A stretch of 17,341 nt of DNA from the NCBI GenBank assembly GCA_043804695.1, contig JAZDIV010000147.1, positions 1 to 17,341 on the forward strand, given 5' to 3'. This document shows positions 15,168 to 17,341 of this stretch, piece after piece. Numbering within the stretch: the stretch's first letter is position 1; every line of letters begins with the position of its first letter. The position numbers and the translations under genes were made by a program. Under the pieces are notes generated by a model. That model searched no databases. It was given only the letters and a program-made list of their open reading frames with translations, and had not been told where the DNA came from. This DNA comes from PVC group bacterium. GTDB lineage: Bacteria; Auribacterota; Erginobacteria; Erginobacterales; Erginobacteraceae.

Positions 15168-15974
15168 ATGACCTTGGCAAACGATATCCGGCGGCTGAAA
15201 CAAACGGGAGAGGCGGCGGTGCTGGTCCGCCCCGCCTCGATCAGATCGACCGCGCCGGCGGAGACAGCCGGCGGGATGCTGGTCGGGGAAACAGGCAGAA
15301 TCACGGGTTCCCTCGGCGGCGGCGAAGTCGAGGAACGGGTGATCGGGCAGGCGCGGGAAGTTTTACGGGACGGCCGGGCCCGCCGGCTGGAGATCGGTGT
15401 CAGCCCGGCGGAAGAAAAGCAGCGGGGGATGCTTCCGGGGGGAACGCTGAAATTTTATGTCGAGCCGGTCCGGGAGATCCCCACCCTCTGCATCTTCGGC
15501 GCCGGGGCGCTGGCCGCCGTCCTGACCCGGCTGGGGAGCCTGGCCGGCTTCCTGATCGCCGTGGTCGATGATGATCCCGCCTTCGCCTCCCGGGAGCGGT
15601 TCCCCGAGGCCGAGGTGGTCCTGACCGATCATTACCGGGACCTGGCCGGCCGGCTGGCCGTCGATAACACGTGGTACCTGGTGATCGCGACCAGGAACCA
15701 CCACCGTGACAAACGGGTCCTGAAGCAGGCTGTCTATCTGAACGCGGCTTACGTGGGAATTCTCTTCAGCCGGAAGAAAAAGGATGCCTTCTTCAAGCTG
15801 CTGGAAAAAGAAGGGATTCCCCGGGAACGGCTGGACCGGGTCCGCCTCCCCGCCGGTCTCCCGATCGGAGCCGCCACCATCGAAGAGATGGCTGTGAGTA
15901 TTATAGCCGAGATTATACAGGTGAGACATAACAGGAAGTGTTACAAAAAACAAATTCCAAATTCCAAGCACTAA
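15168..15974 (+). CDS. xdhC: XdhC/CoxI-family molybdenum hydroxylase accessory protein
   Basis: 268 aa; GSLGGGEVE, LCIFGAG, VVDDDP.FASRERFPEA, IATRNH..D, YVG, PAGLPIGA...EEMAVSIIAEII. Confidence 0.85.
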   Translation: MTLANDIRRLKQTGEAAVLVRPASIRSTAPAETAGGMLVGETGRITGSLGGGEVEERVIGQAREVLRDGRARRLEIGVSPAEEKQRGMLPGGTLKFYVEPVREIPTLCIFGAGALAAVLTRLGSLAGFLIAVVDDDPAFASRERFPEAEVVLTDHYRDLAGRLAVDNTWYLVIATRNHHRDKRVLKQAVYLNAAYVGILFSRKKKDAFFKLLEKEGIPRERLDRVRLPAGLPIGAATIEEMAVSIIAEIIQVRHNRKCYKKQIPNSKH

Positions 15975-16322
15975 ATTCCAAATAAATTCCAAATCCCAAT
16001 ATCCAAACTGACCGGCTCACGTCCGGCAAAGTTATTGCCACGAATGCACAAGTTATTAATCCGACCGTTGTAGGATTTACATCAAGGATCGCGGTCATTG
16101 CGAGCGCAGCGAAGCAATCTCTTGCTGTGCATAGAGTTGAGATTGCGTAGCCTGTCCCGAGCGATAGCGAAGGATCTCGCTTCTCTCAATGACATGTCCA
16201 TACAATTATGGACTGACTAATGGAATTTATTTGTTATCCGCCTTCGCGAGATCGCCATAGCCGCTTCGGCGAAGGCGCTTTGTGATTTGTAATTTGGAAT
16301 TTTGTTGGTATTTTGATATCGA
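15951..16322. repeat. Inverted 7-mer (AAATTCC / GGAATTT) microsatellite arms enclosing nested palindromic elements
   Basis: Left arm about 15951-16007, right arm about 16221-16322. CAAATAAATTCCA (15979-15991) is the exact reverse complement of TGGAATTTATTTG (16221-16233). Confidence 0.75.
16094..16193. repeat. CGTC-type REP doublet (GTCATTGCGAGCGCAGCGAAGCAATCTC ... GAGATTGC ... CAATGAC)
   Basis: GTCATTG (16094-16100) pairs with CAATGAC (16187-16193); GCAATCTC (16114-16121) pairs with GAGATTGC (16139-16146). Same family as 12827-12859. Confidence 0.8.
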
Positions 16323-16378
16323 ATTTTTTTATCGATTAAGCTCTGTCGAAAGTCTCTACCTTCAAATGGAGTAACACC

Positions 16379-17341
16379 ATGCTTGCCAAACGCACCAGGC
16401 TGATCGACTCGTCGGGGATCCGCAAGATCTTCGACCTCGGCCAGTCGATCGAAAACCCCATCAACCTGAGCATCGGGCAGCCCCATTTCGACGTGCCCGA
16501 AGAAGTTCAGGAAGCGGCGATCGCGGCGATCAGGTCGGGAAGGAACGCCTACACGCTGACCCAGGGGCTTCCCTCTCTCAACGACAAGATCATGTCCGTA
16601 CTGACCGAGGAGGTCGGGCGCCCATTCGAGGCTTCCCTCGTCACCTGCGGGGTCTCGGGAGGGCTGGTGCTGGCCTTCATGGCCCTGGTGGATGCCGGCG
16701 ACGAGGTCCTCTGTCCCGACCCCTATTTCGTCATGTACAAGCACCTGGTAAACCTCTTCGGAGGGAAGCCCGTCTTTTACGACACCTATCCCGACTTCCT
16801 TCTCCGCGGCGAAAAGATCGAGAAGCTGATCACGCCCCGCACGAAGATCATGATCGTCAGTTCCCCGGCCAATCCCACCGGGGCGGTGCATTCGGAGGCA
16901 GAATTACAGACAGTGGCCAGGATCGCCGAGAGACATAAGATCTTAGTCATCTCGGACGAGATCTACGCCCTCTTCAGTTATGACAGTCCCCACCTCTCGA
17001 TGGCTTCCTACACGGAGGACTGCCTTCTCCTGGGGGGATATTCAAAATCTCATTCGCTGACCGGGTGGCGGCTGGGCTACGCTCTGGGGCCGGCGAAGCT
17101 GATCGGCGAGATGACCAAGCTCCAGCAGTTCACCTTCGTCTGCGCCCCCTCCTTCGCCCAGGAGGCGGCGCTGGTGGCTATGGACGTCGACACGTCCGAT
17201 CGGCGGGACGACTACCGCCGCAAGCGGGACCTGATCTTTGACGGGCTGAAAGAACTCGGTTACCGGGTGGAAAAACCGGGCGGGGCGTTTTACATCTTTC
17301 CCGAGTGTCCCTGGGGGACCGACCAGGAGTTCGTTTCCGAA
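16379..17341 (+). CDS. PLP-dependent aminotransferase class I/II (aspartate aminotransferase-like), 3' end beyond the window
   Basis: Not in the ORF track; translated manually as 321 open codons after a GGAG RBS: MLAKRTRLIDSSGIRKIF...INLSIGQPHFD...PDPYFVMY...SPANPTG...ISDEIY...GYSKSHSLTGWRLGY (PLP lysine)...PGGAFYIF. Confidence 0.95.
   Translation, partial: MLAKRTRLIDSSGIRKIFDLGQSIENPINLSIGQPHFDVPEEVQEAAIAAIRSGRNAYTLTQGLPSLNDKIMSVLTEEVGRPFEASLVTCGVSGGLVLAFMALVDAGDEVLCPDPYFVMYKHLVNLFGGKPVFYDTYPDFLLRGEKIEKLITPRTKIMIVSSPANPTGAVHSEAELQTVARIAERHKILVISDEIYALFSYDSPHLSMASYTEDCLLLGGYSKSHSLTGWRLGYALGPAKLIGEMTKLQQFTFVCAPSFAQEAALVAMDVDTSDRRDDYRRKRDLIFDGLKELGYRVEKPGGAFYIFPECPWGTDQEFVSE

Overview
GC-rich bacterial chromosomal window with AT-rich intergenic gaps and 11 supportable CDSs. 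On the minus strand: a secreted ComEC/Rec2-type metallo-beta-lactamase (MBL)-fold protein with an FN3 domain and six FG-GAP-like repeats (191-2473), then a TPR protein, an OmpR-family regulator and a histidine kinase (2667-6793). On the plus strand: an NrnA-like DHH phosphoesterase, a DUF296/PPC protein, a solitary hisF and glycogen phosphorylase glgP. These are followed by a second secreted protein (beta-helix plus the same six-repeat C-terminal module, minus strand), an XdhC-family protein and a class I/II aminotransferase running off the window end. No tRNA, rRNA, CRISPR array or transposase gene was seen. The most unusual content is intergenic: (i) a dispersed two-hairpin element with a 32-bp identical core, at 4590 and 8286, plus a partial copy at 147; (ii) a four-hairpin cluster with compensatory base changes that resembles IS200/IS605 ends or a structured RNA (9795-10025); (iii) a 5x perfect 25-bp tandem amplification of a CGTC-type REP head; (iv) inverted 7/8-mer microsatellite arms with nested REP-like insertions. 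Three genes take their stop codons from these elements. All calls come from manual reading of motifs; no database searches were run.
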